A DNA stretch of 64,000 nucleotides, taken from the IMG/VR virus record IMGVR_UViG_2687453341_000008, one strand, 5' to 3'. Under the pieces are notes generated by a model. It had not been told where the DNA came from. It saw nothing but the letters and a program-made list of their open reading frames with translations, and searched no databases. The translations under genes and the position numbers were made by a program. The stretch's first letter is position 1. Every line of letters begins with the position of its first letter. The DNA comes from a virus (taxonomy: Duplodnaviria; Caudoviricetes). This document shows, piece by piece, positions 30,559-41,519 of the stretch.

Positions 30559-31491
30559 CTACCTCCCTGTGCGATACCGCATAATCACCGAGATCGCGGA
30601 GGTCGGCAGTTGACGAATAATCTCCGCCGTCGCAGTTGAATAGCTGTAATCTTCGAAGTTCTCTGATTGCATGCTGCCTGTTGGATCCGCTGCGATCGTT
30701 TTTGCAAACGCTGCCAACGCGACTTGCATGTCATCAGGGACACCACCCGGAAAGCCGGCATAGTAGTTCACTTGCAACTCACTTAGGCGCCGGTCCTTGA
30801 TCGGCCTGATCCGACCAGGGATTCGAAGCAATCGACCGACTCGCTCGTAGACCTCGATGCGCGTCGTAAGGCTCTGGTTCTCAAAGTCGCAGGCGTATGC
30901 AGACTCGTCCAAGATGGACTCATCAGGAAACTGCCCACCCCCACGTTCCCCGCTTCTTTCCCGTATGTCGATAATCTTCGCTACAGGCCCGGGAGCCACC
31001 CGGGCTACGCATCCGACCACGCTTGTCTGTGCGGTTTTTTGGACAAAGAGGAGCCCTTTCGTGACAGGTGTGACCACCGGGAAGGTCCCAAACACTGCGA
31101 TTCGGTTGTCGTCGACTCGAACAAAATCCACTTCGTTGTCGAGGCCTGCAACACCCGATCGCTGGATGAACACAGTCCCTGATTCCGGCAGACCATGCCC
31201 ATATACTTTGATCACCACCCCATCGCCGAGATCCATGTCATAAGTCGAAAACGCGTCACCCCCGTCAATACCCAAAACGAGCTGGGACTGCGCATCCCCC
31301 GACAGCGAGGCCAATGACGTCTCTTCGTCAAAGGTAGTTATGTCTTCAATGACATGCCCGATGTACTTTCCGGTAATCCGATTAACGATTGCCGTCGCGC
31401 TGCGAAGAGCCAGAATCGCCTTATCGTCTGGCAGAACGTCGACGCTCATGCCTGTTATCAACCGAAAAGTATCTAGTCGGACTCCAGCCAT
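30559..31491 (-). CDS. Head-tail adaptor protein with inserted domain
   Basis: VNYYAGF..GVPDDMQVA...SENFEDYSYS...IMRYR adaptor C-terminus. Confidence 0.7.
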   Translation of the reverse strand: MAGVRLDTFRLITGMSVDVLPDDKAILALRSATAIVNRITGKYIGHVIEDITTFDEETSLASLSGDAQSQLVLGIDGGDAFSTYDMDLGDGVVIKVYGHGLPESGTVFIQRSGVAGLDNEVDFVRVDDNRIAVFGTFPVVTPVTKGLLFVQKTAQTSVVGCVARVAPGPVAKIIDIRERSGERGGGQFPDESILDESAYACDFENQSLTTRIEVYERVGRLLRIPGRIRPIKDRRLSELQVNYYAGFPGGVPDDMQVALAAFAKTIAADPTGSMQSENFEDYSYSTATAEIIRQLPTSAISVIMRYRTGR

Positions 31492-31494
31492 TGC

Positions 31495-32124
31495 TTACCC
31501 CAGTTTTCTGATTGATGCGAAGATCAATTCGGCTTTACGTTCACTGATCCTCTCCAGCGACGTCACGCCTTTTTCAGCATGAAATCGTTGGATGTCAGAG
31601 ACAGTATTGAGACCAGCTCCGATAAGCTGCTTTTTGAGTTCGGCTGCCATCTCGAGATCGGCAACGGCAACCGCACCTACCCTTGCCGTCGCTTCTTCCG
31701 ACGTTGGAGTGGGCAATTCCGCAGGAGCACTTTTCACCACCTCTTGCACCGGACTCTTCTCACCTTCCAATTCAATGAGAATCTGGTCGTCCTCAACAGT
31801 CGAATCGGACTCAGCTTGATCGTTCAACTGTTTGCCGGAAATCTCCGTCAGTTCCGCAGCCGTCTGAGCAATTCGAGCCACGGCCGTTCGATCCAATGTT
31901 TCCGAACATCGTCTAACGTGATAGGCAATCCCCTCGTCGCTCATCCGTGGCAACTCGGATGCAACACTGTTAGAAAACTGCAGAAGCACCAAAAGAGGAT
32001 CGTCGTATTTGAGACACTCCCGAGCAACGTCGAGGCACCGCTGAACCAAGTACCTCTCTTCATAGAGCCTCCGAATATCTGCCACGGCTCGACTAAAGAA
32101 GAGCACTGCAAACAACTCACCCAT
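31495..32124 (-). CDS. Phage hypothetical protein, HhH-like C-terminus
   Basis: LIGAGLNTVSDI...LERISERKAELI. Confidence 0.55.
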   Translation of the reverse strand: MGELFAVLFFSRAVADIRRLYEERYLVQRCLDVARECLKYDDPLLVLLQFSNSVASELPRMSDEGIAYHVRRCSETLDRTAVARIAQTAAELTEISGKQLNDQAESDSTVEDDQILIELEGEKSPVQEVVKSAPAELPTPTSEEATARVGAVAVADLEMAAELKKQLIGAGLNTVSDIQRFHAEKGVTSLERISERKAELIFASIRKLG

Positions 32125-32145
32125 AACCAGTCTCCTATTAAAGCA

Positions 32146-32177
32146 AAGAAGCTCCCGTCGTTTGACGAGAGCTTCTT
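32146..32177 (-). terminator. Hairpin after capsid and decoration genes, probable terminator
   Basis: AAGAAGCTC...GAGCTTCTT stem followed by TGCTTT on the minus strand. Confidence 0.55.
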
Positions 32178-32205
32178 ACTATCCGCGGCAGAATTCAAAT
32201 GTTCG

Positions 32206-32730
32206 CTACGAGAGAGGCGACCAATCTGAACCATGATAGGCAACGTGCTCGGGGACCCACAGACCGCACACAAGCTGACTAGCCGCTGGAGAGTTGAACG
32301 AAGCACCCACATATGCGTAATCGGCACCAACATCCAAATCAGCAGGAGAGACGCGGATTAGCGCTATGAACTGATTCGTCGCGGCTCCGCGATCCGTAGC
32401 AGACGCATAAGAGTTCGCTGGAGCCTCACGATTGACCAACGCGGACTTCGTCCAGAAGTCTTTCGCGGCCGCGATCGCCCCAGCAGAACCTGCCTTGAAG
32501 AAGACTTCCTTGATCTGCAGAACCTTCGAGCTACCACCGGCATTGGTCTTTGCTTGGTTCAGCGTGATCGTAATGTCTTGACCCGCCGTACCCACGCCAA
32601 TGAATAGAAGTAAGTTGAGGAAACTGTTGACGTTGGTAACACCAGCCCAGTTAGTGGACTTCGCGCCACCAGTCAGATCTGCGAGAAGAGCTGGCGAACC
32701 ACTGTCGCCAAATGGAAACTGCTTGAACAT
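32206..32730 (-). CDS. Probable capsid decoration/cement protein
   Basis: 174-aa beta-sandwich-like ORF directly after major capsid gene. Confidence 0.55.
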   Translation of the reverse strand: MFKQFPFGDSGSPALLADLTGGAKSTNWAGVTNVNSFLNLLLFIGVGTAGQDITITLNQAKTNAGGSSKVLQIKEVFFKAGSAGAIAAAKDFWTKSALVNREAPANSYASATDRGAATNQFIALIRVSPADLDVGADYAYVGASFNSPAASQLVCGLWVPEHVAYHGSDWSPLS

Positions 32731-32837
32731 GTTTTGAATGACTCCGTTTTCGATTTAATCGCTGGCTTTGTAATAAGCCTCGGGAGCAGCCCCCCGAGGC
32801 AAAAATCAACATAGGCAACCGCCGAAGCGGCTAATTG

Positions 32838-34097
32838 CTACCGAGCTTCCAGGGCAATGAAGTCGCCCTGCGAAACCGTTCCGTACTTCGGAGTCGTCGG
32901 CTTGTCGAACAGTGGTCGCCCGTCAATTCGGAATGTGAACTTGATCGCCGTTTGACCACGGAGGAACTCGACGTGCGGAGAAACGAGCTCCTGAACGCCA
33001 CCCTTCGAGATCGTCAGGTACTGACCAAGATTCGCCAAAACGATGTCACCTTTGTCGCCGAGCTTTTGGTTGAACTCGGTCGGAATCACGGGACGCCCCA
33101 TCAAGGTCGCATACGGGCTCGCGGAAAGGCCTCCGGGAGGAAGGTATACAACCCCGTTTTGCCCGCCGCTTCCCATTGTCATGGAATAAAGCTGAGGTTC
33201 AATTTCCTGGTTGATGTACCAAGCGTAGGCATCCACAGGCTGGCCGGTTCGCCGACGAGCCCACATGTTGAGGATGTTTTGCGAGTTGATCGTGTCCGCG
33301 GCTTGAGCGTTCTCCTTCGCAACATCGACGCATGCTGTGCTCTTCAAGAAGCCAAGCATTCGCTTTCCGCCAGGACCATTGAACACCGCATCACCGGTCA
33401 TGAACGCGATTTCGCGTTGAACGGCTTGGCGAACCCATTGCTCCAAGGCGTAGCTGTTATCCTCGAGCAACTCATCGGTCAGGTAGACCACGACACACAA
33501 CTTCTTGAGCTTGAGCTCGGTCGCATCGATCGAAGGACGACCAGCCGAAGCCAAGTCACCTTCCTCAAGCCAATAGCCGAGCAATCCACCCGATCGCTGA
33601 CCATCCGCGCGGCTGCTTTCTTGCAGCTTGGGGAACGCCATCGTATTGCCCGAGACGGTGAACTGATTGGTTCGGCTCAGAACATCGTTGTCATAGTAGA
33701 TCGCCGCAATGTCAGGAGCGAACTCAGGCAACACTAGCGCACCAGCCGACTCGCTGTCGAGCGTGTTCATGGCGTTCGCCTTGACGAGCATGTCGACCGC
33801 TTTGTGGTGCCGCGATTCGAACTCGTTCTGATTCTTGTACCCTAACCGCAAGAACTCGGAGAACGACTTGAACTGCCGCTTATATCCAGCAGGGGCGCGA
33901 AAACGGCGACCCTTCCGCATTGCGTTGAGCTTACCCTTCACAATTTGGGTTGGCTCATAGTTGTCTTCCTCGAAGAAACTGAGCGCGTTGGTTTCATGAT
34001 TCAAGTGAGAGCCTTCAACACTCCCCTTTACCATGTTGCCAATCTCTTCCATTCGCTTTTCGAGATTGGTCATTCCCGTCAAAATATCTGAACTCAT
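32838..34097 (-). CDS. Major capsid protein (HK97 fold)
   Basis: AGALVLPEF, LKKLCVVVYLTDELLED, TLMGRPVIPTE, FRIDGRP motifs. Confidence 0.93.
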   Translation of the reverse strand: MSSDILTGMTNLEKRMEEIGNMVKGSVEGSHLNHETNALSFFEEDNYEPTQIVKGKLNAMRKGRRFRAPAGYKRQFKSFSEFLRLGYKNQNEFESRHHKAVDMLVKANAMNTLDSESAGALVLPEFAPDIAAIYYDNDVLSRTNQFTVSGNTMAFPKLQESSRADGQRSGGLLGYWLEEGDLASAGRPSIDATELKLKKLCVVVYLTDELLEDNSYALEQWVRQAVQREIAFMTGDAVFNGPGGKRMLGFLKSTACVDVAKENAQAADTINSQNILNMWARRRTGQPVDAYAWYINQEIEPQLYSMTMGSGGQNGVVYLPPGGLSASPYATLMGRPVIPTEFNQKLGDKGDIVLANLGQYLTISKGGVQELVSPHVEFLRGQTAIKFTFRIDGRPLFDKPTTPKYGTVSQGDFIALEAR

Positions 34098-34163
34098 CTT
34101 TCAAACTTCCCCCGCCGCCGCGCGGCCGCTGTATTTACCTAAAAACCCCCAGAACCGCACTCC

Positions 34164-35687
34164 CTACTCGGATCGCATCTGCATCGGCGTAACGTCGAGA
34201 TTTGCAACCAAGTCTTCGAATCGTTTTTGCAGGCTTTCGAATGCCTGCTTGTATTTGGACTCGTCCACGCTTGCCGCTTGAGGCTGCTTGAACGACTTCG
34301 CTTGCTGATTGAGACGATCGATGTCCGAAACCGTCTGATTCAAGATGCGAATATTGGCAACACTGAGCTTGCCGCCATTCTTCGCCGCCGACTTGGCAAT
34401 CATGTTGACGCGTGCTGCAAGCCCTTGAAGCTGATCGAGACTTCGGTTGCTCGAGCAGAGGAAGCTCTTCACAACTTCATCGGTTGGCTCTTCCGTTGGT
34501 GGAACCAACGGTTCGAGAGCCGAGTACTTCGAGCTATAAAGACCCTCGAGGCTCGTCGCCAAGTCTCGAGCTTGCTGAAGGACCTCGGTCGCTTGCGACT
34601 TGACGTCATCTGCTTCGACAGGCCCCAGAGCCTTGGTTGCGGTTTCGATCAATCCCAACAAGTTGCCATGGATCGAGCGAAGCACTTGCGCACCGAGCGG
34701 GAGCTCTTCTCCAACAATCTCCGGCTCGTCGACAACCACTTCTTGGCTAGCCACGGCATCGGATGCAGGCCCGGGTGCTGGTGCTTCATCGTCGGAAAGT
34801 AATTCGGCAGCAGCCCGTAACATCCCTTGGGACATCTCGTCATACTCGCCCATTTCCGCCATCGACTTGGCCAACTGCTTTGGCCCCATCTTTTTGATCT
34901 GCTCGCTAGTGAGCTTTTTCATCTCGACTACCCTCTCGCTTTGCTTCGAATCGATTCCCGGCGTTGAAGCCCGAGTCTCCAACGTTGACAGAAGACTCTT
35001 TCGAATCACCGGATGAATCGACTGACCATCCAAGGTGTTAAGTGAGAGAATCCGATTTGCTGCCTCACACTGCAAATCGGCGATTTCCTTGAGGAACTCA
35101 TTGCTCTTGACGATGCGAGCGCCGGGGTTGACCGGCAAAGTACAGTAACTCCACTCGTTCATAAACGCTGTCTCGATGAACAAGATCTCGTCACCGAAGG
35201 AGTCGAAACCGATCGCGCAATCCTCGACACTGATTCCGATAGAACTCGTGCGAAGAAACTTCTGCACCACGAGATCGAAGAACTGCATACTTAGCTTGTT
35301 CTTGGCTTGGTGATGTGCGACCGCGTAGGTCCCATCTTCTTCTTGCGTGACGGTTACATTCCCATCGCCGTCTTCGGACACTGCAACGGGAAGAGTGATC
35401 CCCTCCAAACCGTGGCCATAGAGCACGACCGGGTTATCGCGATAGATATCGAGCTTGATCCCATCTTGATTGACGACGTGATTAACGCGATCCATCTGCG
35501 ACGTGCTGATGCGCATGCGAACCGTCAAATTGGTTTCGTCTACCGCGGGAGCCGCGACCGAGTCGACGGCTATTTGATCCCCGTAAGGACCGGACTTGCA
35601 GAAGTACAGATGTCCCGTGTTACCCGCTTCCCGCGATGGCAACAGCAATCGACCTACTTCCGCAAACTGAACTTTTCGCTTCTCCAT
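34164..35687 (-). CDS. HK97-type prohead protease with scaffold-like extension
   Basis: DRVNHVV, NPVVLYGH, SSIG, EWSYCTLPVNPGA catalytic motifs; long helical C-terminus. Confidence 0.85.
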   Translation of the reverse strand: MEKRKVQFAEVGRLLLPSREAGNTGHLYFCKSGPYGDQIAVDSVAAPAVDETNLTVRMRISTSQMDRVNHVVNQDGIKLDIYRDNPVVLYGHGLEGITLPVAVSEDGDGNVTVTQEEDGTYAVAHHQAKNKLSMQFFDLVVQKFLRTSSIGISVEDCAIGFDSFGDEILFIETAFMNEWSYCTLPVNPGARIVKSNEFLKEIADLQCEAANRILSLNTLDGQSIHPVIRKSLLSTLETRASTPGIDSKQSERVVEMKKLTSEQIKKMGPKQLAKSMAEMGEYDEMSQGMLRAAAELLSDDEAPAPGPASDAVASQEVVVDEPEIVGEELPLGAQVLRSIHGNLLGLIETATKALGPVEADDVKSQATEVLQQARDLATSLEGLYSSKYSALEPLVPPTEEPTDEVVKSFLCSSNRSLDQLQGLAARVNMIAKSAAKNGGKLSVANIRILNQTVSDIDRLNQQAKSFKQPQAASVDESKYKQAFESLQKRFEDLVANLDVTPMQMRSE

Positions 35688-35735
35688 GTTTCACCTCGTA
35701 AGATGAAACTCGCGAAACTCAAAACACAGAGCAAA

Positions 35736-35942
35736 TCAAGAGGGCTCCCGCGGAGAATGCGGTTTCGAGGACTTTTGTTGAACTCGCACCCAGTTGCGAA
35801 TAACGGACTCCGACAATCCCAAACGACGAGCGACTTGAGGGATCGTGTTACCTTTGTTAACGAGCCTGAACGCGTCTTGCTTGGTCTTCTCGCAAATCTT
35901 CTTCCCCATATGACCGTTCGCCATAATCCTCCTGCCTCCCAA
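35736..35942 (-). CDS. Small helix-turn-helix protein
   Basis: GNTIPQVARRLGLSESVIRNW. Confidence 0.6.
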   Translation of the reverse strand: MGGRRIMANGHMGKKICEKTKQDAFRLVNKGNTIPQVARRLGLSESVIRNWVRVQQKSSKPHSPREPS

Positions 35943-36005
35943 AGAACAGCATCAACCCAGCCGATCGCATTAGGATCGCTAAAGTTGATACCAGACTGCA
36001 AGCGA

Positions 36006-36722
36006 TTAAATCGCGACGTGTTCAATCCAACATCGGCATCGTTTATGCGCCGGAGTCCCTCGCGGAAACTTAGCACCCCAAACTTCTCGCGTCGTGCCTT
36101 CGAGCGGTTCGCAGATATCGCACGCACCTGGCTCCGTCCGCCAGACTTCTACGATCGTCTTGCCCTTGGCACGCAACACATTGGTCCCGGCGATTTCCGC
36201 ATCGGACTGCGTTTCAGTCACAGCAGTGACTGCCGTCATCTCTGCGTCAGACTGCGTGAACGCATCGCCTCTTGCATCTCGCCACTCCCTGGGAGCGTAC
36301 GGATCCACTGCAGTATGAAGAGGGGCTTGGTTTCTCGACACAACAGCCGGATCACCCAGAACGGTGAAGATAGTGCGAGGTGCAGATTCAAACTGCCTAC
36401 GCCTTTCGGCCTCCTCCTGCCTAAACTTGATCACTCGAGCCTTCCACCGCGAGGCGATATCTCGGGTCCATCTCCCGAAAAAGAGCATGAACGCCGCGGC
36501 TGCCGCTTTCGCATTTTGCTCTTCCTCGAACTCTTCCAGCAAGTTTTGGTTTGCCAGAATCCATACAGCCCAAACCGCGTCGAGACATCGCTCCCTGAGC
36601 GATCGGACAAGCGTCTCTTCGCTCAAGAAAGACGGATCCTCAATATCCGTCCACTCCATCCAAACCGAAGCGAGTACCGCTTCCAGTTCTTTTTCTCTTA
36701 GCTCCCGGTTTGGGACTTCCAT
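36006..36722 (-). CDS. Minor head protein (Mu gpF-like)
   Basis: WRTEPGACDICEPLEG...PAHKRCRCW. Confidence 0.8.
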   Translation of the reverse strand: MEVPNRELREKELEAVLASVWMEWTDIEDPSFLSEETLVRSLRERCLDAVWAVWILANQNLLEEFEEEQNAKAAAAAFMLFFGRWTRDIASRWKARVIKFRQEEAERRRQFESAPRTIFTVLGDPAVVSRNQAPLHTAVDPYAPREWRDARGDAFTQSDAEMTAVTAVTETQSDAEIAGTNVLRAKGKTIVEVWRTEPGACDICEPLEGTTREVWGAKFPRGTPAHKRCRCWIEHVAI

Positions 36723-36752
36723 ATCTCAGAACCTACCATGCAGAGCCAGTGG

Positions 36753-37322
36753 TTATCGACAAAGCCGCGTCTTCAAGAATCGCAGGGGACGCACAGCCCG
36801 TCTGACAGCCCCCGTCGCAACACTCGCCGCGCTCGCTACCGCAGCCCTCGCAAGCGGAGCACCACGACCGACACACGCTCTACCCGAGCACTGAATCGAT
36901 GTAATGGCACCACTTTGAATCAACTCTCGATGTCCCTTGATTGACCTGAGCCACGCAGCGATCGCCATTTCTCGCGTAGCAACCCCGGAACTTTTGAATA
37001 CGACCTCCGGACCATTGAAATAGCGGTCGTGGTACAGGAAACGACTTCGATCCAGTTTCCTCGCAAACACGAGTGCACCGAAATCCCCCGATGTATTCGT
37101 CACCGCACTGGTCACGCAGGTCGAACAACCCTCGCTTGCGACTCCAATGGTTCGAATCTCTCGCACGGCCTGAACAGGAATCGCAACTGCGTTGACTGCT
37201 CCCGCCACAACCCGGGAACCCGCAGTCGGGCAAACTCCGTTTCTGCATTGTGCAAACAAGTCACTTCCAACGAGCAAGGCAACACACATCGCCAAGACTC
37301 CAACGAAACTCCATCGCTTCAC
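36753..37322 (-). CDS. Exported protein with CAP/SCP-like motif
   Basis: GTG start after GAGGAGG; signal peptide; AIAAWLRSIKGHRELI. Confidence 0.5.
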   Translation of the reverse strand: MKRWSFVGVLAMCVALLVGSDLFAQCRNGVCPTAGSRVVAGAVNAVAIPVQAVREIRTIGVASEGCSTCVTSAVTNTSGDFGALVFARKLDRSRFLYHDRYFNGPEVVFKSSGVATREMAIAAWLRSIKGHRELIQSGAITSIQCSGRACVGRGAPLARAAVASAASVATGAVRRAVRPLRFLKTRLCR

Positions 37323-37513
37323 TTCGCCATCCTCCTCGTAAATCTTGGCTCTCTGAGCCATAAACTTCTCAGCTCCGCCCTGTGCCGAGCTGAACATATA
37401 AAGGTGCCTAGGCTGATATGTTTTTCTGTAGCACACTCGCTACTTGTCGCCCCAACGGCACCACCCGGGAACATTTGGTGTCAAAGGAAAGGCCTCTTTC
37501 GAGGCCACGCAAC

Positions 37514-38944
37514 CTACTCAAAGTCTTCTACTCGAAGCTCCCCGCCGTCTTCAACCGATGCGGAGATGAGGTAGACGCCGGACTCGCGACAGATTTCGGC
37601 GATCTCCTGCTTCAACTCCGGCCCGAGCGACTGCCACGCCTCTTGGCACAACGGGATCACCCCACCTTTGCCAACCGACCGAACGGCGTACTGCAACGCG
37701 ACTCGCCACTTCTGACCCGTGGACAACTCCTCAAATGGAACTTCCTTCTTGCGACCCTCGTGCCGCACGACAAGCAAGCCATCTTTGATCTGGATCGGAC
37801 CCTCAGGCAAAGCCTTCTGAGCGCGACCGATCACTTCTTGAGCAAACTTGCGAATGTCGATCGCCCTGTTGGCGACATCGACCGACTCGTTTTGCAGCGA
37901 CATGGACTCCTTGAGAGCCCCCTTCCGTTGTCCCACGGTGGCCGCCACGTTGAGCAGCTCGATCGCCTTGAGCTCGTTGGCTCGCAGTTCAGCCAATCGT
38001 TCCTCTGATGGACTTTCACCCGGATCGGCGATCTGCGATCGCAACCGGTCCAACATCTGTTGCTTTTCGATCGCGTGCTTTTGCTGCTGTAGCAAAGACT
38101 GAAGTTGACGTTCTGCAGCTTCTAGCCTCCTACGCAAGCCTTCGACTGTAGTTCTCGCATTCGCGATGTTGGATTCCAAGTCTTCCTGATAAACTACTCC
38201 GCTTGCTTCGGCTTCTTGTATCTGTTCTTCGATTCTCGCGTTAGCTTCCGATACTGATCTAAACCGAGTCGCTTGCAGCTCAGCCGCTTGCAACTCGCTC
38301 GAAGCCTTTCGGCTGTTTTCGAGGGCCTTTTGATAGCCCAACGCACCTTGCAGTTGATCGACATCTCCTGCTTCTTGCCGCTTCGCTGTTGCCATTCCAG
38401 CAAGCCTCTCGGCCGCCCGTTCTTGTTCCAATGCAAACGAATCCAGCGCCCGCTTGAGTTTATCGGCCATCGTCACTGGATCATCGGCCGACGCAATATC
38501 ATCGATATCGATCTCGGTCTTGAACTCATCGAACCGATCACCCAGCAAGTCGGCTGGAGTGAGTTTGTTCCCACCGATGGAGATCAAGCAGCGAACGCGA
38601 GCCTTCTGCCGCGCAGCCGAATCTGCAACCTTGGGCTCAACCAACGTCGCGATGTCGAGACGACCGCCTAGCGTTGGGACCGCGACGGATCCAGACGTAG
38701 TGGACCTCTTTCCGATCTTCACGCTTCGGCCGAGACCCGTCACTTCTCCGGCCGACTCGCCATCGTGCGGTGTAAGCCCAGCTAGAGAATCTTTATCCCC
38801 TAGCAAACCGGACAACGCGCGGATCGCTGTCGTCTTTCCAGTTCCCGAGGTCCCTTTGAGAATCTTGACCCCTCCGCCACCCTCTGGGAGATCGAACACG
38901 ATGTTCGTGATCGGGCCAACGGACTTCATCTCGACTGTACTCAT
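37514..38944 (-). CDS. SMC/Rad50-like coiled-coil ATPase
   Basis: Walker A GTSGTGKT, long coiled coil, ABC signature LSTGQK. Confidence 0.8.
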   Translation of the reverse strand: MSTVEMKSVGPITNIVFDLPEGGGGVKILKGTSGTGKTTAIRALSGLLGDKDSLAGLTPHDGESAGEVTGLGRSVKIGKRSTTSGSVAVPTLGGRLDIATLVEPKVADSAARQKARVRCLISIGGNKLTPADLLGDRFDEFKTEIDIDDIASADDPVTMADKLKRALDSFALEQERAAERLAGMATAKRQEAGDVDQLQGALGYQKALENSRKASSELQAAELQATRFRSVSEANARIEEQIQEAEASGVVYQEDLESNIANARTTVEGLRRRLEAAERQLQSLLQQQKHAIEKQQMLDRLRSQIADPGESPSEERLAELRANELKAIELLNVAATVGQRKGALKESMSLQNESVDVANRAIDIRKFAQEVIGRAQKALPEGPIQIKDGLLVVRHEGRKKEVPFEELSTGQKWRVALQYAVRSVGKGGVIPLCQEAWQSLGPELKQEIAEICRESGVYLISASVEDGGELRVEDFE

Positions 38945-39100
38945 GAATCGCTCCTGCGAATGAACTTGATGGACACAACTGCCTGACACCAAGAAAGGCC
39001 GGAAACGCAGGATTTTCATCGCGTTTTTCTACGTGATATTGCTAATCACTCGAAGAAAGTTTCCTCCCGCGGCGTCTATTGAAAGCCATTCGCCTACTTT

Positions 39101-39275
39101 TCAGTTCTCGGGGTACTGATTCTTGGTGTTGCCGTAGTAGTGGACGAACTTGGTATCGCCCATGCCGAGAATGTGCGTCACGCTGGTATCGATTTGCCCG
39201 AACTCGATCTGTTCGGAGTTGAGCCACTCTTCGATGATCATCTCCTCGGATCCAAACGAATAGTCCGCTACGCCG
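39101..39275 (-). pseudogene. 3' remnant of a gene cut by IS66 (possibly glycosyltransferase)
   Basis: Frame GVADYSFGSEEMIIEEWL...KFVHYYGNTKNQYPEN* starts at the IS66 boundary. Confidence 0.45.
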
Positions 39276-39321
39276 GTAAGCGTACACGACAGGGAGGTAG
39301 CTTTGGCAGGGCGGCTTGGCT

Positions 39322-41049
39322 CTAGGTTTTCTGTCGCTTGAGCTTGGCGGCGACGATTCGGCGCGCACGCGTTAGCTGCTTGCGATCGGATTTGTAGCGA
39401 CTTTCTTCCTCACGATACGTGCGAATTGCCTCGGGATGCTCGCGCTTCCAGACATCAGGCAGCAGCTTCGTGTAATCGGTCTCGCCCGCCAACAAGCGAT
39501 CCAAGACGTCCTTCAAGTACTTCCACACATCGAGGCTATGGCGCTTCGCGCTGCTCACAATGGTCATCAGCCTGGCCGCCCGCTCACCCGATGGGACGTT
39601 CGCGACGAACAGCCAATTCTTCCTGCCCAGGGCGACCTGCCTCATGAGCTGCTCCACTCGGTTATTGTCGATCGGTAGAACCCCATGGCTTGCGTAAGTC
39701 GTTAGCGCATCCCAGTTGTTGCGCAGATAGCCCAAGGCTCCCGCTAAGTCCGACTTCGGGAGGACTTCCGCATCGGTCAAGCTATCGACGTACTTCTTGA
39801 TCACCTCCAAGATCGGTAGCGCATGCTTCTGACGATGCTCCAAGCGCGCTTCAACGTCCATGCCCTGTTCACGCGCATTCACATCGTAAAGTCCTTGAAT
39901 CATCTCAAGCAGCTTCTCGCGGTGGGGATTCTCCTTTGCGACATCGTAGATGGTGCGACGCGCATGCGCCCAACAGGCAGCGAACGTTAATCGATCGCTG
40001 TTATGAAGCACTACCGACGTGTTACCAGAGAAACAGTCCCCTTGAACGATGCATCTACTCTCGCGGAAGAATTCATCAGGGCCATCGCGATGCCGAGAGA
40101 TCCTGAAGTCAAAGATGTTGTAGGGCGATTGATCCAATCCTCGGTAAGCCCACATCTTGCCGATGATGCTGTCTTCCCCTTTGGCTTTCGCTTCGCGGAT
40201 CTTTTCAATCAACCGCTTGAGCTTCAAGTCTCCGGGTTTCTCCTCGGGCATCTCGCGTGGCATCAGCATGCGGCAGCTGCTTTCATCGAGTCCAACTGCC
40301 GAATCCTTCTGAACTCGCTTGGCCATAAAGGCAACCAAGCCTAGCAGAGCGAAGTCGACTTGCTCGACGAGATTCTGCAAGGTGGAGCGATTGGGAGTCC
40401 AGCCACTGCTACCGAAGACATCGGTTTGGCGATACAGCGGTAGATGCATATCGAACTTATGAACGACAACCGCGGCTGCGACACTGGTGTCATACTTGTT
40501 CCCTTCCACCAGCCCTGTGGGGCGCTCGGCGGAAACGACGCCCTGTTCTTTGCAGCAAGTGCACGCGTACTTGGGATATTCCGTCACGCGACGATAGAGC
40601 TTGGCTGGTTCGTAGACAAGCGTCTCGGTCTTGTCGACGTCGATCATGGCCATAGGGCCATGCTTAGGGCAGACACGGTCCTTTTCGGGGACGTCACAAA
40701 GTTGCTTCACTTCGGGGAGGTGAGCGGGGAGCGCCTCGCTCCGTTTTTTCTTGGGTTTCGAAGTGGATTTCGGGGCTGCTTCCTCGAGCAGCTTCTCCGC
40801 TTCTGCTTCGGCTTCCGATCTGGCTTGTTCGAGTTCTTCTTGCGATTCAAATGGGAGCCATGGGCTGCCGCCAGGCGAGATATGCTTCTCCCGCTTCTTG
40901 TGCATAGAAGCGATCATCTTCGCGAGCTTGTGGTACTCGGTCTCGAACCACTCGAGCTTGGTCTTGAGCTGCGCGTTCTCTTTCTGCAGCAGTTCGATCG
41001 CAGATGGAGCGACGGGAGAATCGGTGTTGTTCGAGGTTGCGTCTTGCAT
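39322..41049 (-). CDS. tnpC: IS66 transposase TnpC
   Basis: CPKHG..CTCC zinc finger, [41 protein letters not shown]. Confidence 0.95.
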   Translation of the reverse strand: MQDATSNNTDSPVAPSAIELLQKENAQLKTKLEWFETEYHKLAKMIASMHKKREKHISPGGSPWLPFESQEELEQARSEAEAEAEKLLEEAAPKSTSKPKKKRSEALPAHLPEVKQLCDVPEKDRVCPKHGPMAMIDVDKTETLVYEPAKLYRRVTEYPKYACTCCKEQGVVSAERPTGLVEGNKYDTSVAAAVVVHKFDMHLPLYRQTDVFGSSGWTPNRSTLQNLVEQVDFALLGLVAFMAKRVQKDSAVGLDESSCRMLMPREMPEEKPGDLKLKRLIEKIREAKAKGEDSIIGKMWAYRGLDQSPYNIFDFRISRHRDGPDEFFRESRCIVQGDCFSGNTSVVLHNSDRLTFAACWAHARRTIYDVAKENPHREKLLEMIQGLYDVNAREQGMDVEARLEHRQKHALPILEVIKKYVDSLTDAEVLPKSDLAGALGYLRNNWDALTTYASHGVLPIDNNRVEQLMRQVALGRKNWLFVANVPSGERAARLMTIVSSAKRHSLDVWKYLKDVLDRLLAGETDYTKLLPDVWKREHPEAIRTYREEESRYKSDRKQLTRARRIVAAKLKRQKT

Positions 41050-41134
41050 GATGGATAGTACGAAAGAACCACCGATATGGCTCATGAAAATATTGAAAAA
41101 CAGAGGAATAAGTGTAACGATTTTTGGATAAAAA

Positions 41135-41512
41135 TCAGCTCTCAGAACTCTTCGAGACCTTGGGTGCAACGTCGAAGCGTTTGCGCCGTTTGATGTTCGA
41201 TACATCGATCCCTGTGAGCAGCATCGAGAGCTGCGCATGATCGATGATGAGGCTCTTGGAATTACCATCTACGAGCGGCTTCTGGATGCTTCCGGACTCC
41301 AGACGTTTCATGTAAATCGCGAGCCCATCGCGATCCCACCAAATGATCTTCAATCGATCGCGACGACGATTGATGAACATGAAGTAATCACCAAGGCGAA
41401 TATCGCGAGCGAACTCCGATTGGACGATCGCATGCAAGCCGTCGTAGGAACGTCTCATATCGACAGCCTGCATATAGAGATAAACTCGCGCGGTGGAAGC
41501 AACAGCAAGCAT
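41135..41512 (-). CDS. tnpB: IS66 accessory protein TnpB
   Basis: [34 protein letters not shown]. Confidence 0.95.
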   Translation of the reverse strand: MLAVASTARVYLYMQAVDMRRSYDGLHAIVQSEFARDIRLGDYFMFINRRRDRLKIIWWDRDGLAIYMKRLESGSIQKPLVDGNSKSLIIDHAQLSMLLTGIDVSNIKRRKRFDVAPKVSKSSES

Positions 41513-41519
41513 CGCAATC

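Noticed and set aside
35307-36701. 464-aa plus-strand ORF and similar long antisense ORFs (32835-33737, 19064-19981)
   Set aside because: Shadows of well-supported minus-strand phage genes, with no recognisable motifs
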